Assembly: GCF_006345805.1 (NCBI RefSeq)
Contig: NC_042998.1
Span: forward strand, 48,422,001 to 48,486,000
DNA: 64,000 bases
Origin: Octopus sinensis
Taxonomy: Eukaryota
Direction of reading: 5' to 3'
Below the pieces are notes generated by a model that saw only the letters and a list, made by a program, of their open reading frames with translations, had not been told where the DNA came from and made no database searches. Shown here one piece after another: positions 1 to 12,746 of this stretch; position 1 is the stretch's first letter; each line of letters begins with the position of its first letter. The translations under genes were made by a program, and so were the position numbers.

Positions 1-1339
1 ACCATAAACATACGCTCGCGTATGCATAAAACTGGAACAAAATTAATTTCTTACGTGATTTGTGTTACTTTCCCATTAAGTCAACCCCTCCACCGCAACT
101 GTAAGCAGCTTTAAAATTCATTTCTCTTCCTTCAACGAAATATATTTCTTCTTTGTCTTTTTTAAAAATTACGTTTCATATATTGTAGTAAAATTAAAAT
201 ATATTTTCTTCACTGTATGATACAAACAAACAAATAATTGAAAGATAACTCAATCTAAAATATATATTTAAAATAATTAACATTGAAACTTTATTACAAT
301 AACATTAACTCAAACTTGACGTCTCTGTAAAACTCTTATTTTCGACATTTGACATGAGCAAACTTGTTTATGACAGTAAAAATATTTATTTCTCTCAGAT
401 GTTTTTGTCCAACGTTCATTACAGCGAGACTGCAAAATTTTGCTGTTTCTCCATAATGCCTCTTTGTTCCTTTATATATTTTTTTCTTTCAAACTTTGAA
501 AACAGTCATTCACTAGTGTAGTTTGTAATCATTAATATCAAATAAATCCGTAAATCGATTTTTTTTTTGTATGGAAACCAAGATTCCAAGTAGTTGTCTG
601 TTATAAAACAGTAAAACTGAATCTTCAAAGAAAATTTTTTTGTACCAGTTCGAGTAGCAAGATTGGTTTATAAAAGTTCAATGAATTATGGAAACACATC
701 GCATTTTTTACAAATTTTCAGGAAATGCAGCAACAATATTACATTGTTTTGACATTGTCTTCTATTGTGAATGACTTCAATAGATGACGGCATTTAAATA
801 TATCAGAAGGTTGTTAAATAACATTGGTTATCTGAAATCATTGCAGCATGTGGTCACAAAATATTCATTTTAAAGAATTAGCTAAGAGAAATGTGGTTAT
901 TTCTATGACCTTTATAGACCCTGCAAGACTGGTGAGATTGATGCGAGTGGGCGTTCAGCTTGCATAGCTCAAAGTTGACAATTATAAGTCAGGAAGGGAT
1001 TACCAAGTGCTGACGTCCTGCTGAGGAAGGATAGAAAGATTAGGTATAATGGTTAGCGCTGAGCCTAAGGAAGAGACAGTATGGGCGAGACAGTATGGGC
1101 GAGTATGACTCGTTTCCTTTCTCTTCACACATGCAACGAGGTCGCTCTAAAGTAGGGTTCGGGGTACTTTTTTTAACCGATTCCCCCAAAATATATTTAT
1201 TTACGCCGAAGTTACTCCCTTGATTCGAAGGAAGAATATCATAGATAACAAGGGACACGGTTTTTTAAATGTAATTTTACTTATGTCTAATGAGTCCTCA
1301 TTACCCACAAGAATTTCATATTTATTCCACTTGGGGTAA

Positions 1340-1368
1340 TTTATCCCAGTTTGCCAACCCCTGCTCTA
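1340..1368. mobile_element. Isolated hAT-type terminal inverted repeat remnant
   Basis: TTTGCCAACCCCTGCTCTA (reverse complement TAGAGCAGGGGTTGGCAAA) resembles hAT/Charlie-type ends; partner end not found. Confidence 0.3.
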
Positions 1369-1379
1369 AGGAATTAAGG

Positions 1380-2290
1380 TGGTATACAAATAGTGAGCTT
1401 TAAGGAGTTGAGGTTGTTATAGTAAAAAAGCAGAACGAGGAGACAGAACTTGTGAGAGCAAGAGGTCGATTGAATTGCTTTTTAGATAGAGCCTTTGACT
1501 TTCAGATCTACAGCTGTTTTGGGGGTGTTGTCGAGGATTTTCGTGAGTAGCAGAAGCACTGTTCCAAATGTAAAGCGGTATCCCATTGCTAAAAATATAT
1601 CTTTTGCTCCAAAGAGGATCGTTTGTCTTCGGGACGCAGGGTTCACAATATTATGATTGCGAAATCACCGGAAGAGATCGTCAGTATTTGTAAGGCCTCG
1701 TATCTGTAGTGAGTTTGACAGTTTTAGTAGCATGTGTTCTATGATTAGAGAGGATGAGGTTCAAAAGTGTGCTCTGATTGTGTCATTTTGCAGTTAAAGG
1801 AGACAAGATTATTGTTATGCATGGAAGGCGAAAGCACTGCGCGTTTGATGTAATGTCTCAAGATTGAGTGTGAAAAGTTAGGGAATAGCGAACAGTTACA
1901 TCAGCATCGTAGAAATGGACATTGTTAGAATGTTTCTATATCAAACTTTTCCATTATTAAATAGAAGCAATGATATAAGAGCGGTGACATGTTGACATTT
2001 AAATTATCGTTATGAGGAATGCAGTTCAGGAATCACCGCTCTTAAACTTACGGCAGCGAGCTGCCTGTGTCAGTATTTGCTCCAGCTATTTGCGTTCTGA
2101 GTTCTTGGTTTGTATGCTTAATCCATCACCTGGCAGCAAAACTAAACTATCATCTGATTTTCGGGTATCTTTAAGGGAGCTGCAAACTCTGTTGTAAGGT
2201 CTAGGCCAGATATCTGGTCGGAGGTTACCTTCGTCCATTCTTTTAGGAAGCTCTGAGGAAATAAAAGACTATGGGCTCTGTCTTTCAATA
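1380..2290 (-). mobile_element. Highly decayed L1/Tx1-clade LINE ORF2 C-terminal region
   Basis: Minus-strand frames with many stops give a degenerate zinc-knuckle-like SCLL*LQNDTIRAHF followed by ..GIPLYIWNS.., as in L1/Tx1 ORF2 C-termini. Recognition only. Confidence 0.4.
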
Positions 2291-2890
2291 AATTAACATT
2301 AAAAGCTATGTAGTATTATTTCGTTATTATTATTATTATTATTTTTTTTGGTTTGCAAGATTCGATTCTTGATATGAACACGCGTGTTGAAACAGATGAT
2401 CTCGTGTAGAGAGAGCATGTCACTGAAGAGGTCACGAAAGGACTTTGACAAACACAACTGACTGATTGATTAACCGAATGGTTAATCAAACAATCGATTA
2501 GTTGGTTGGTTAGGTAGCTGACCAACAGATGAATAATAAAGATGTGAAACTGAACCAGTGTGTATGTTCATTATTGGCCAAATGACTCATACGAGATACA
2601 ACTAAATATGTAGAAATAATTTGTAACATGAACTGCTTACCGACCGGTACCCAAGTTCTTCACGAATAAGCATCACCGTAGCGCAGTCATACAAGACAGG
2701 TAAGTTCTAACAAAAAAGCGTCTATGCTAAAATAAAAGTAATGAATATGCACACATGCGCACATGCATGCATTTTTTGTGCGTAAACGCAAAATTATTAT
2801 AATAGTTACACGCGCGCGCGCGCACACACACACACGAGCTACAATTCATGCCAATGCACCAAGCAAAATCACAAACAAGTAACAATATAC

Positions 2891-3123
2891 CTATTTCTTT
2901 ACTACCCACAAGGGGCTAAACATAGAGGGAACAAGCAAAGACAGACAAACGGATTAAGTCGATTACATCGACCCCAGTGCGTAACTGTTACTTAATTTAT
3001 CGGCCCCCGAAAGGATGAAAGGCAAAGTCGACCTCGGCAGAATTTGAACGCAGAACGTAACGGCAGACGAAATACGGCTACGCATTTCGCCCGGCGTGCT
3101 AACGTTTCTGCCAGCTCGTCGCC
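2891..3123 (-). mobile_element. tRNA-derived SINE family A, full length
   Basis: Matches many other copies in the window: head GGCGACGAGCTGGCAGAAACG, B-box-like GCGTTCAAATTC, tail CCCCTTGTGGGTAGTAAAGAAATAG. Confidence 0.85.
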
Positions 3124-3198
3124 ATATCACAAAGAATTGACAATATGCTAAACACATACTGGTAATAGCGCACGAAAGTAGACGCACATATTGTTTCA

Positions 3199-3648
<450 letters not shown>

Positions 3649-3882
3649 GCTATGTGTTGCCTGTTTGTTACTTGGTCACGTAGATCACCTTGTTAGTCTT
3701 TAATGGCGCGCTTTGAGACAAGGGCAACGTATTTCTGCATCAAAGTACTAAATGACATCTCAATGTTAAACCAGATGGTGTTTTGAACACTTTGTTTTTG
3801 CGTGTGTATGTGTGTGTGGGTGTGTTGTACGCGAGTGTGTGTGTGTGTGTGTTCGTGCGTGCATGTATGTATGTGCGTGCAT

Positions 3883-3883
3883 A

Positions 3884-3924
<41 letters not shown>

Positions 3925-4061
3925 ATCACAATGGTGCACATGTCGAATTGGCTATTTTAGAGCGAAAGGCCAGGCTTTTGAAGAACACTCGTACGAACGT
4001 CTGCGTGTGAGTGTTTGACGAATTGCGACTATTATTGCTACAACTACTGCTGCTGCTACTG

Positions 4062-4118
<57 letters not shown>

Positions 4119-4465
4119 ACACTACTACTACTAACACTACTAACACTAGTAGTGAGTTGTATATATGCTATATGTTGCATTAGCCGTTTTTACACGAACG
4201 TGCTTGCTTTAAAGACTGCACTTATTATTTGTGTGTATGTGTATGTGCGTGTGTGCGTGTGTGTGTGTGTGTGTGAGTGTGTGAGTGTGTGTGTGTGTGT
4301 GAATGTGTGTGTTTATGTGAGTAGCTCGTTTGTTTCATTGTATAACTCCACAGCTACAGTTACTACCAGCGCCATTGTTGCTTTCGATATTCAAGAAATT
4401 GCATGTTTCAACGCCAACATTGTTCTTTTAAAGAAAAAAAGACCTTTTCTACAACAACAACAACA

Positions 4466-4521
<56 letters not shown>

Positions 4522-4560
4522 CACTACCGCTGCTGCTGCACTGCCACTACTAATACTACT
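3883..4560. repeat. (ACT)n, (GT)n and (ACA)n microsatellite cluster
   Basis: Directly visible; source of the poly-L/T/V/S ORFs. Confidence 0.95.
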
Positions 4561-4627
4561 AGCCACCGCTATTACTACTACCATTACGACTCCTATTGCT
4601 AATACTTTATCATGTACATATACTATT

Positions 4628-5059
4628 GGCGCAGGAGTGGCTGTGTGGTAAGTGGCTTGCTTACCAACCACATGGTTCCGGATTCAGTCCCACTGCATGG
4701 TACTTTGGGAAAGTGTCTTCTACTATAGCCTCGGGCCGACCAAAGCCTTGTGAGTGGACTTGGTAGATGGAAACTGAAAAGAAACCCGTCGTATATATGT
4801 ATGCATATGTATGTGTGTATATGTTTGTGTGTGTATGTGTGTGTTTGTGTGTCTGTGTTTGTCCCCCCCCCCAATATTCGCTTGACAACCGATGCTGGTG
4901 TGTTTACGTCCCCGTAACTTAGCAGTTCGGCAAAAAAGACCGATAGAATAAGTACTAGGCTTCCAAAGAATAAGTCCTGGGGTCGATTTGCTCGACTAAA
5001 GGCGGTGCTCCAGCATGGCCGCAGTCAAATGACTGAAACATGTAAAAGAGAGTAAAAGA
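4628..5059 (+). mobile_element. tRNA-derived SINE family B, full length
   Basis: Head GGCGCAGGAGTGGCTGTGTGG, B box GGATTCAGTCCC, internal TA/TG tract, tail CAGCATGGCCGCAGTCAAATGACTGAAAC with AAAAGAGT-type end repeats; several near-identical copies in window. Confidence 0.85.
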
Positions 5060-5319
5060 TAGTATTAATGTTGGTTTCTAATTTTGGCACAAGGCCAGCG
5101 ATTTTGAGGGAGGGGATAGGTTAGTTACATTGACCCCAGTGCTCATCTAATATTTATTTTATCGTCCCCGAAAACATGAAAGATAAAGTCGATCTTAGCG
5201 GAATTTCAACTTAGAGAGGAAAGACGGGCGACATACCGCCAATCATTTTGCCCAGGCGTGCTAATAATTTTGCCAACTTGCCACATTCACATATACTATT
5301 AATATAAGAAACGTTTGAA

Positions 5320-5527
5320 AGCGGCAAGCTGGCAGAAACGTAAGCACGCCTGACGAAATGCAGTATTTCGTGTGTTTACGTTCTGAGTTCAAATTTCGAC
5401 GAGGTCGACTTTGCCTTTCATCCTTTCAGGGTCGATAAATTAAGTACCAGTTGCGTACTGGGGTGGATCTAATCAACTGGCCCCCTCCTCCAAAATTTCG
5501 GGCCTTGAGCTTAGAGTAGGAAAGAAT
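5320..5527 (+). mobile_element. SINE family A-related copy with alternative tail
   Basis: Family A head and core followed by the CCCCTCCTCCAAAATTTCGGGCCTTG tail variant. Confidence 0.7.
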
Positions 5528-5579
5528 ATAAGAAACGTATACTGACCATCACCGTCATCACCAACTGTTTCACCATGTT

Positions 5580-6930
5580 ATACTTAGAATACTTTAACAT
5601 TTCTCACAAACGCCAGCATTCAGGAAACTGCATTGCATTCAACACATTCTGAATTTCAAGAAATGCGGATAACACAAGTGGTATAACAGCATCACAAATA
5701 ACCTCCTATTATATTCAAAACAATCTATACCGGCATACACACTTCCTTTCCTTCATGCTTAGTTGTGATGGCATAACAACTGGGCGGCAAATTCTTCAAA
5801 GTTCTTCAAATCATCTACCAATTATCGTACAACATGCTGATATATCAATGAAGGAAGAAGAAATGCATTTACAAATCTCAAGCAAACCCGGTGGAGAAAG
5901 TTCCACCAAAATGTAAAGCGGTTTTCAGAATTCGACATCCTTACATTCACTAAAATTGAAACGGCTGTACACACATTCAGCAAAATAGTTATAGACGCAT
6001 CAAAAACGTTAATATGTCTCACTAAGCGTGTCTTGATAATGCAACCCCATTTGTACATGTTATACATCTTAAGGAGTGAATGTTATAGAAACTAGAAACA
6101 AACTCAAACACAATACACTTAACATCACACATTACAGAAACCAAACAACTAAACAAAGAAACAGCAAAAAATAAAACCAAACAAGAACAAAATACTAAGA
6201 AACATTTGTATTCAATATAAACTATAAAACAAACAGTAAAACACTATATAGAACTAGAATCATGCCATAGAAGCAGCGTTATAGTAAAATATTTTATCAA
6301 TATTACTTAACGTTTGTGAGTTAACACTGACATTGATAAGCTGCAATTACGGCGAAATGCGTATCTGTCGCTCTCGCGGTCACTTCATGGGCGATTTCGT
6401 TCCATCCATCGCTGAAATATATGGTGATTTTTAACACAATATGTCTGTGAAGGATTTTCTTCGGACAGAAACCCCAGTTTCTGGATTTTCGATGCCACAA
6501 TTACGTTAAGTATATTATACTGATGATGTCTTTACAGTATAGAATAATTAGTACCATGGGCAGCAACAACAACAGCGGTCAACGTATTGCCATAACTACT
6601 TTAAAAGACATTCCAATACCAAACAAACACTTCAGATATTTCTCGAATATCAGCCGCCTAAAGCCACAAAAAAGACAAGACAAAATGAAAATTATGCACG
6701 TTTGATTTTGACTTTATGTTTATGCCTTCCTTTCATCGGAAATTCAATAAGCAATACGAAAATCTAACAACTCAAAAGCCTTAGTATCAGACAAAATCGT
6801 AAACATACTCATAAAACACGTAGTAATAGATGAGATCACTAATTAACCACTACACTAACCAAGATCATGAGCTACTCATACCGACACTGGTTAATTTCCT
6901 GAGATCCGGAAACTAAGCAAAATTCTAGCA
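5580..6930 (+). mobile_element. Decayed I/Jockey-group LINE ORF2 (end of endonuclease, linker, start of RT)
   Basis: Broken plus frames give FTNLKQTRWRKF..AVHTFSKIVIDASK (linker) and EIQ*AIRKSNNSKALVSDKIVNILIKH (pre-RT block). Confidence 0.5.
6304..6512. mobile_element. Putative short-TIR MITE interrupting the LINE relic
   Basis: Ends TACTTAACGT (6304-6313) and ACGTTAAGTA (6503-6512) are exact inverted repeats; the interior is unlike the flanking LINE. Confidence 0.35.
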
Positions 6931-6934
6931 AATG

Positions 6935-7335
6935 TTGGGTAATGACAGAAAGAGAACGATCGACAATAGAAGCAACTGAAATGAAGTTCATCTGAAGGAT
7001 CTGTAGAGTAATGTTACTTGACAGGATGCGTAGCTAGGAGATCAAAGTCTCTCCCGGCCGAGTCGCTACATCTCCGCATTAAGAAATCACAGCTCCGGTA
7101 TTCTAGATATATGGTTAGAAAGTCATAGGAAAGAATCGCAAGGCGGATTCTTCAACGCGAGTCAACTGGCAGGAGATCTAGAATGGATCAAGAACGAGAT
7201 GGCTAGATAATACCCATAATCTCAGTTGGATACGCTTATGAATCCGGCTGGAAAGTCTAATAATAGTTGCTTCTGATAGGATCTTATGGTGGAGGTGTGT
7301 GAGCATTCTCAGACAACATTTTCAGGAATATTGAA
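6935..7335 (+). mobile_element. RTE-clade LINE 3' fragment (decayed)
   Basis: Translates with stops/frameshifts as MTERERSTIEATEMKF..RIKKSQLRY..ERIARRIL..RWLDN..VASDR.LW, typical of RTE C-termini; similar to 15965-16430. Confidence 0.7.
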
Positions 7336-7811
7336 TGGAGATGATTAGATAGATGGATATCATAAACACTGAATTTATTTTTATGCACATCTTCAAAACT
7401 TTTAGAAATGTTAATTATTCTTTTCTACTCTAGGCACAAGGCCCGAAATTTTAGGGGAGGGAGCCAGTCGATTATATCGACTCCAGTACGCAATTGTTAC
7501 TTAATTTATCGACCCCAAAAGGATGAAAGCAAAGTCGATCACGGCGGAATTTGAACTCAGAACATAATGACAGACGAATGATGCCTCATACATTCTCCTG
7601 TCCACAAAACTACTTATTCCCCTCACCAAGTCATACAGCGAATTCAAATCTCCCAAACGTACCAATCGAATAACTAATCACATAAATAAAACTTTAGATT
7701 CCATTTTCTGATACCGGTCAACGTATTCATAAAGTTGATAGGTGTATTTATGTACCAGCTTCCAGAAATGTGTTTAATATGTAAAATTTGTATATCCAAT
7801 AACGTTACACC

Positions 7812-7976
7812 CACTGGTATAGCTAAGGGTGCTGTGGGGGTGGTCTGTTCTGGGTGACACTTTTAAAGAGCACCACTTTTAGGTCTACAGTAGGCAATAT
7901 GCGATTTTTGTGGGGCCCGGGGGAGGGGCAAACGGAAGACCCGTTCCGGGCGGCACACACTGTAGCTTCGCTAGTG
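7812..7976. mobile_element. hAT-type MITE, 165 bp, with 8-bp TSD
   Basis: Imperfect TIRs CACTGGTATAGCT / AGCTTCGCTAGTG; flanks GTTACACC (7804-7811) and GTTACACT (7977-7984), 7/8 identical. Confidence 0.7.
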
Positions 7977-8753
7977 GTTACACTGCTATATGTAGTGGCC
8001 ATTTAAATATTCTGTTCGTCTGTTCGTGGATGATTAATGGATTGGATGGGTCCTGGTGAAAAAGCAAAAACTTATCCATTTTCATCTTCGGTCTTATTGC
8101 AGTAGTTTACACCAAGCGTCTCGGATACGAAACATCGTAGCAAAACCAGTGTTGGCTATAATTTCTATTGAAAATCTGTAGAAATGTCCTTAACAAGTGA
8201 TACAAAGTATTCAACTCGATTTTAAGAAACAACACAAAAACCGATGGCTGGCAAGCTAAATGTCAGATTGCCAAGCCTATATAGTGCATAAGAACAATAC
8301 TTTAAATCTCTTCTCTCTAACTTTCTTCAGCATATACTTACGCAGACTTTCTTCCGTTACTTATAACAAATGACATCATACTAACATCTTCCCGCTAATC
8401 TCCTGACACAACTAGATAACTACTCCTAGCCTAATGCCTACAAACATGCTTTCAGACCAGCTTTAAAGCAACGCCCAGCCTAATACACATTCGCACAAAA
8501 GCGCGCGCACATCTCTCTCGTCCATACCATGTGTGTGTGTGTGTGTGTGTGATTGTGTGATTGTGTGTTTTTGTATATGTATGTATGTAGTCGATTTAAT
8601 AAACGCGAGAAAGAGGACTCGTGCATTCTGTAGAGTATAAACATTTACACAAATATGTTGTTACTTTTTTCTTTGCCTGAAGGATTGCATCAAGTGGGAA
8701 ATTGTTAGTAGCAACAGAATAAATCACAGCTTCGTATATACACACACATATTC

Positions 8754-8966
8754 TCTTACTCTTTACTCTTTTACTTGTTTCAGTCATTTGACTGCGGCCA
8801 TGCTGGAGCACCGCCTTTAGTCGAGCAAATCGACCCCGGGACTTATTCTTTGTAAGCCCAGTACTTATTCTATCGGTCTCTTTTGCCGAACCGCTAAGTG
8901 ACAGGGACGTAAACACACCAGCATCGGTTGTCAAGCAATGCTAGGGGGACAAACACAGACATGCAA

Positions 8967-9005
<39 letters not shown>

Positions 9006-9176
9006 CATATATACGACAGGCTTCTTTCAGTTTCCGTCTACCAAATCCACTCACAAGGCATTGGTCGGCCCGGGGCTATAGCAGAAGACACTTGCCCAAG
9101 ATGCCACGCAGTGGGACTGAACCCGGAACCATGTGGTTGGTAAGCAAGCTACTTACCACACAGCCACTCCTACGCC
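8754..9176 (-). mobile_element. SINE family B, full length
   Basis: Reverse complement of 4628-5059 family. Confidence 0.85.
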
Positions 9177-9239
9177 TATATATGCACAGAAACATACATA
9201 TATACACATATACATATATACATACATATATCCATGCGT

Positions 9240-9556
9240 ATGCAAATATGAGTCCTTTGGGTGGGAAGTGACGCTTACGATATGCTGGACTGTGCATCAT
9301 AACTGGTGATGAGAAATAGGTTTATGGTCTCTGCTCGATGCGTTCCGTCTCTAACGTGTAAACAAAAATCGGACGAACGCACGCTATACGTCTGTACTCT
9401 ACAGGTTACAGCCGGTAATTGACGTAGCGTACCGGTGCGAAAATTTTCATGCGTGTGCAGGAAGGGTGGTCTCACCTCTCATCCGAAGGATTTTGCCCAC
9501 ACGGCATTAGTTATAGCGGGAAGAATGAAAGTCAGCTTTTTCTTGAACGCACCTTG

Positions 9557-9558
<2 letters not shown>
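9240..9558 (-). mobile_element. Mariner-type element end (non-coding fragment)
   Basis: Minus strand begins TA-CAAGGTGCGTTCAAGAAAAA next to a (TA)n tract, resembling a mariner TIR. Confidence 0.4.
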
Positions 9559-9605
<47 letters not shown>

Positions 9606-10401
9606 ATGTGTGTGGATGAATGAATTATCCTTTGCTTACGGTTAACACGGAAAATTCCATAAACAGTTACCAGGGTAGCAAAATTCACGCAAGTAACAAG
9701 GATGTAGCGGCCTGTTCAAAGGTAGAAACTCCGGGTTAATGTGCAGTAATCTGTATATATATATATATATGTATGTATATATGTATGTATGTATAGATTG
9801 CGTCAGCTTACTTAGCCTAAATAGGAACCAGATCACAGAGTATTACTGACTGTCATAGACTGGTGACGCATGCAAGGGAAATTATACCTCGTATCTAATT
9901 CACGCAATCACACTGGAATTAAGCACCGACTTTCGAAAGCGTAGGAGTAAAGGAAAATGTATACGTATATTTGTTTATATACAATTTTTTTCCACGTGTA
10001 TTGAACTCTCTGGCATAAGGTTGCGGTTCACAGTGCGAACCACATTTACAACTCGATTCCGGCTGCTGTTTTTTTTTTCTATTTATTTTACGTTATTTTA
10101 ACATTGAAAAATTAATGAAGCATGCTGCAAATACAGTGAAATGATTATGATTCATGACAGATGTGTGTCAACATATGATATATCTAAATTCAGTTAAAGA
10201 TTTATCTCTGCTGTTATTAAGTTCATTGGCAATAATCTAGTGAATAGCAAACTTTTCTATGCTCCAACCCTTAACCGTTTAACTGCGAAATTAAAATTTC
10301 CTAGTTATTTTAGTAATGATGTTATGTATCTAACAAAAATAGAATTGATATTTTTTTGCCACTCATGTTTTCATAATAAGCTTGATATATCTCAATAAAA
10401 A

Positions 10402-10971
10402 AATGGTTTCTAACCCAAGGAGGGTTTTCCACCATTTTTTAAAATCTATGGATTCATTTGATTACTATTTTATTCTGGTGGACCCCCATAGCCGTTCGAT
10501 GTTTAACCCTTCAGTGTTTAAACCGGCCATATCTGGCCCAGATATTCCACATGTTTTATATTCAAACTGGCCAGATCCAGCCTCTCACACCAAACCTACA
10601 TTGACATTCTTAAAATAAACAATCACGTCACTGAAACCTCAAAGCTATAAGATAATGCATGATTAATTCAAAACAATTTGAGTAATCTGAACACTAAAGG
10701 GTTAAAAACTAGTTTTATATATATTTCTTTCAAAATTCCTATTTTGTTTCTCACACATTTCACTTGTGTATGTTGAACTATGTAAAATGTTAGAGAAAGA
10801 AACCTAGCTGTTTCTTGCAATACATAACCAACACATACATCTAAAGCAAAACTTTTTCGGGGACCCTTGAAATACTACTGTGAATCGCCAATTTACTATT
10901 TAGTTGCATGGACCTCCGAAAATCTTATTTGGACCCTCAGGGGCCATAAGAACCCCAGTTAAGAACCAGTT
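10402..10971. mobile_element. Possible decayed hAT/Charlie-type non-autonomous element
   Basis: Left AATGGTTTCTAACC and right GTTAAGAACCAGTT are roughly inverted and resemble CAGTGGTTCTTAAC-type ends; no TSD seen. Confidence 0.35.
10507..10701. mobile_element. piggyBac-type MITE, 195 bp
   Basis: TTAA|CCCTTCAGTGTTTA ... TGAACACTAAAGGG|TTAA: TTAA TSD and CCC/GGG termini with TIRs. Confidence 0.8.
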
Positions 10972-12514
10972 TTCTAACCTAGCATTCCCCAACAAAGTTC
11001 AGAGAAGTCAAAACAATTTCAAGTAATTAAAATCTATACCGTTAGCAATGATAAAAATCAGATAGATTAGTAAATAAAACTGCTTCTTGCTGTAAAAGTG
11101 ACGAAATTTTGAGTGGCTCTGTTATTTGCAATAAAAGGGCTAGGAAATGTTTAATTAATTTTCGTGAATAACAAAGTCGAAGATGAAAATATTATTTTTT
11201 TAATTAATTTATTCATTATTTCATTAAATTTTCAATTGAACCACAATCAGTATTTAGAATAATAAAATTTTTAGTGTGCTCAATAGAATAAAGTTATTTT
11301 TACAAATTAATAATTTTATCTTGGAAAGCGATGTTAATAAAATATATACATCCCCTCTTTGTCACACCTCTTGAAATACTATCTGGAATACCCAGCGAGT
11401 GCAGGCACCTCAAGCTGAGAATCCTTGCAATAATCTAATCAGTATGGCTTTTTAACCAGTTTGAAATAATAGCTAAATCTCCCTCAATTCATAACTTATC
11501 TTGAAAAGGGAATGACAAATTAGATTATATAGTATTTAGCGGAGACATGCGCCCAACACCAGAGCTGAAGACACCTCCGAAAGGAGGGGGGTTTCCGCCA
11601 CGTCAAAACGGTAGAGGAGTAGGGGCCGAAACCGGACGTGGTTCCTCCTGATGATGTCTTGAGTCAACTGGATCCTATAAAGGAGCTGTTGTGGTAACAT
11701 ACCACGAAACACGGTTGTAATTCCTCCTCTGACCGAGAGAGAGGGAGAGAGAGAGAGAGATGGAGTACCTTTGATCATAAGCCTACTTGATAAAGTCTAT
11801 GTTGGAGTAAAATAATGAGAATATCAACAACAGAATAACAACGAACATAACCTCATAGTATGTGGATAAATCCTTGTTGTTCGGCAACATGATGATTAGA
11901 ACCCACTTGTGTAAATTATTAGACAACTTGAAAACTTAAGCATTGAAGCAATATCATCGGGTGTTCCCAGTAACTGGTATTTAATTTGAAGTTGTGAGAT
12001 GAATTGAAATGACATCAGTGGATAAGTTATTGATTTATTTGTTCAGGAAATTTAATGCTAGTGTTTTATCATATTGCTCTATATTACATTACTTTTCCTA
12101 AATGGCAAAGAATAAGTTTTAGATTAGTTTATGTCAATAGACACTATATAAACCTGGTTCAGCCTGAGATCAGAGTTAAATGTTGATTCTGACTCATGCT
12201 GGGTGTATTGAATATTGAGCTGTTACATGCTAAAAACCTAACATGTACAGGGCATTAACTACCCGGATTTTCTTCAGTTATACATGTGTCATTAAAGTAA
12301 CGACTTAAAATTATTTGTTAACCAATTCAATGTTGATTCATTCATATTTTCATGTGACACGTTTGTTATTATCTAAAGGAAAAGTATTATAATTTCTGCA
12401 TTTGAGGAAGAAGAAAATACATTTATCGTAATGTATTTTCCTGCTTCTCTCTACAGACAGTACCCTTACTTTCCAGACTAGAAAGACGTGGTATAAGATA
12501 ATAAGAACGAATAA

Positions 12515-12746
12515 GGTGGCGAGCTGGCAGAAACGTTAGCACGCCGGGCGAAATGCGTAGCCGTATTTCGTCTGCCGTTACGTTCTGAGTTCAAATTCCG
12601 CCGAGGTCAACTTTGTCTTTCATCCTTTCGGGGTCGATAAATTAAGTACCAGTTACGCACTGGGGTCGATGTAATCGACTTAATCCGTTTGTCTGTCCTT
12701 GTTTGCCCCCTCTATGTTTAGCCCCTTGTGGGTAATAAAGAAACAG
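12515..12746 (+). mobile_element. SINE family A, full length
   Basis: Near-consensus copy. Confidence 0.85.

Noticed and set aside
540-920. Possible decayed DNA-transposase sequence
   Set aside because: All frames are interrupted and no diagnostic motif is recognisable.
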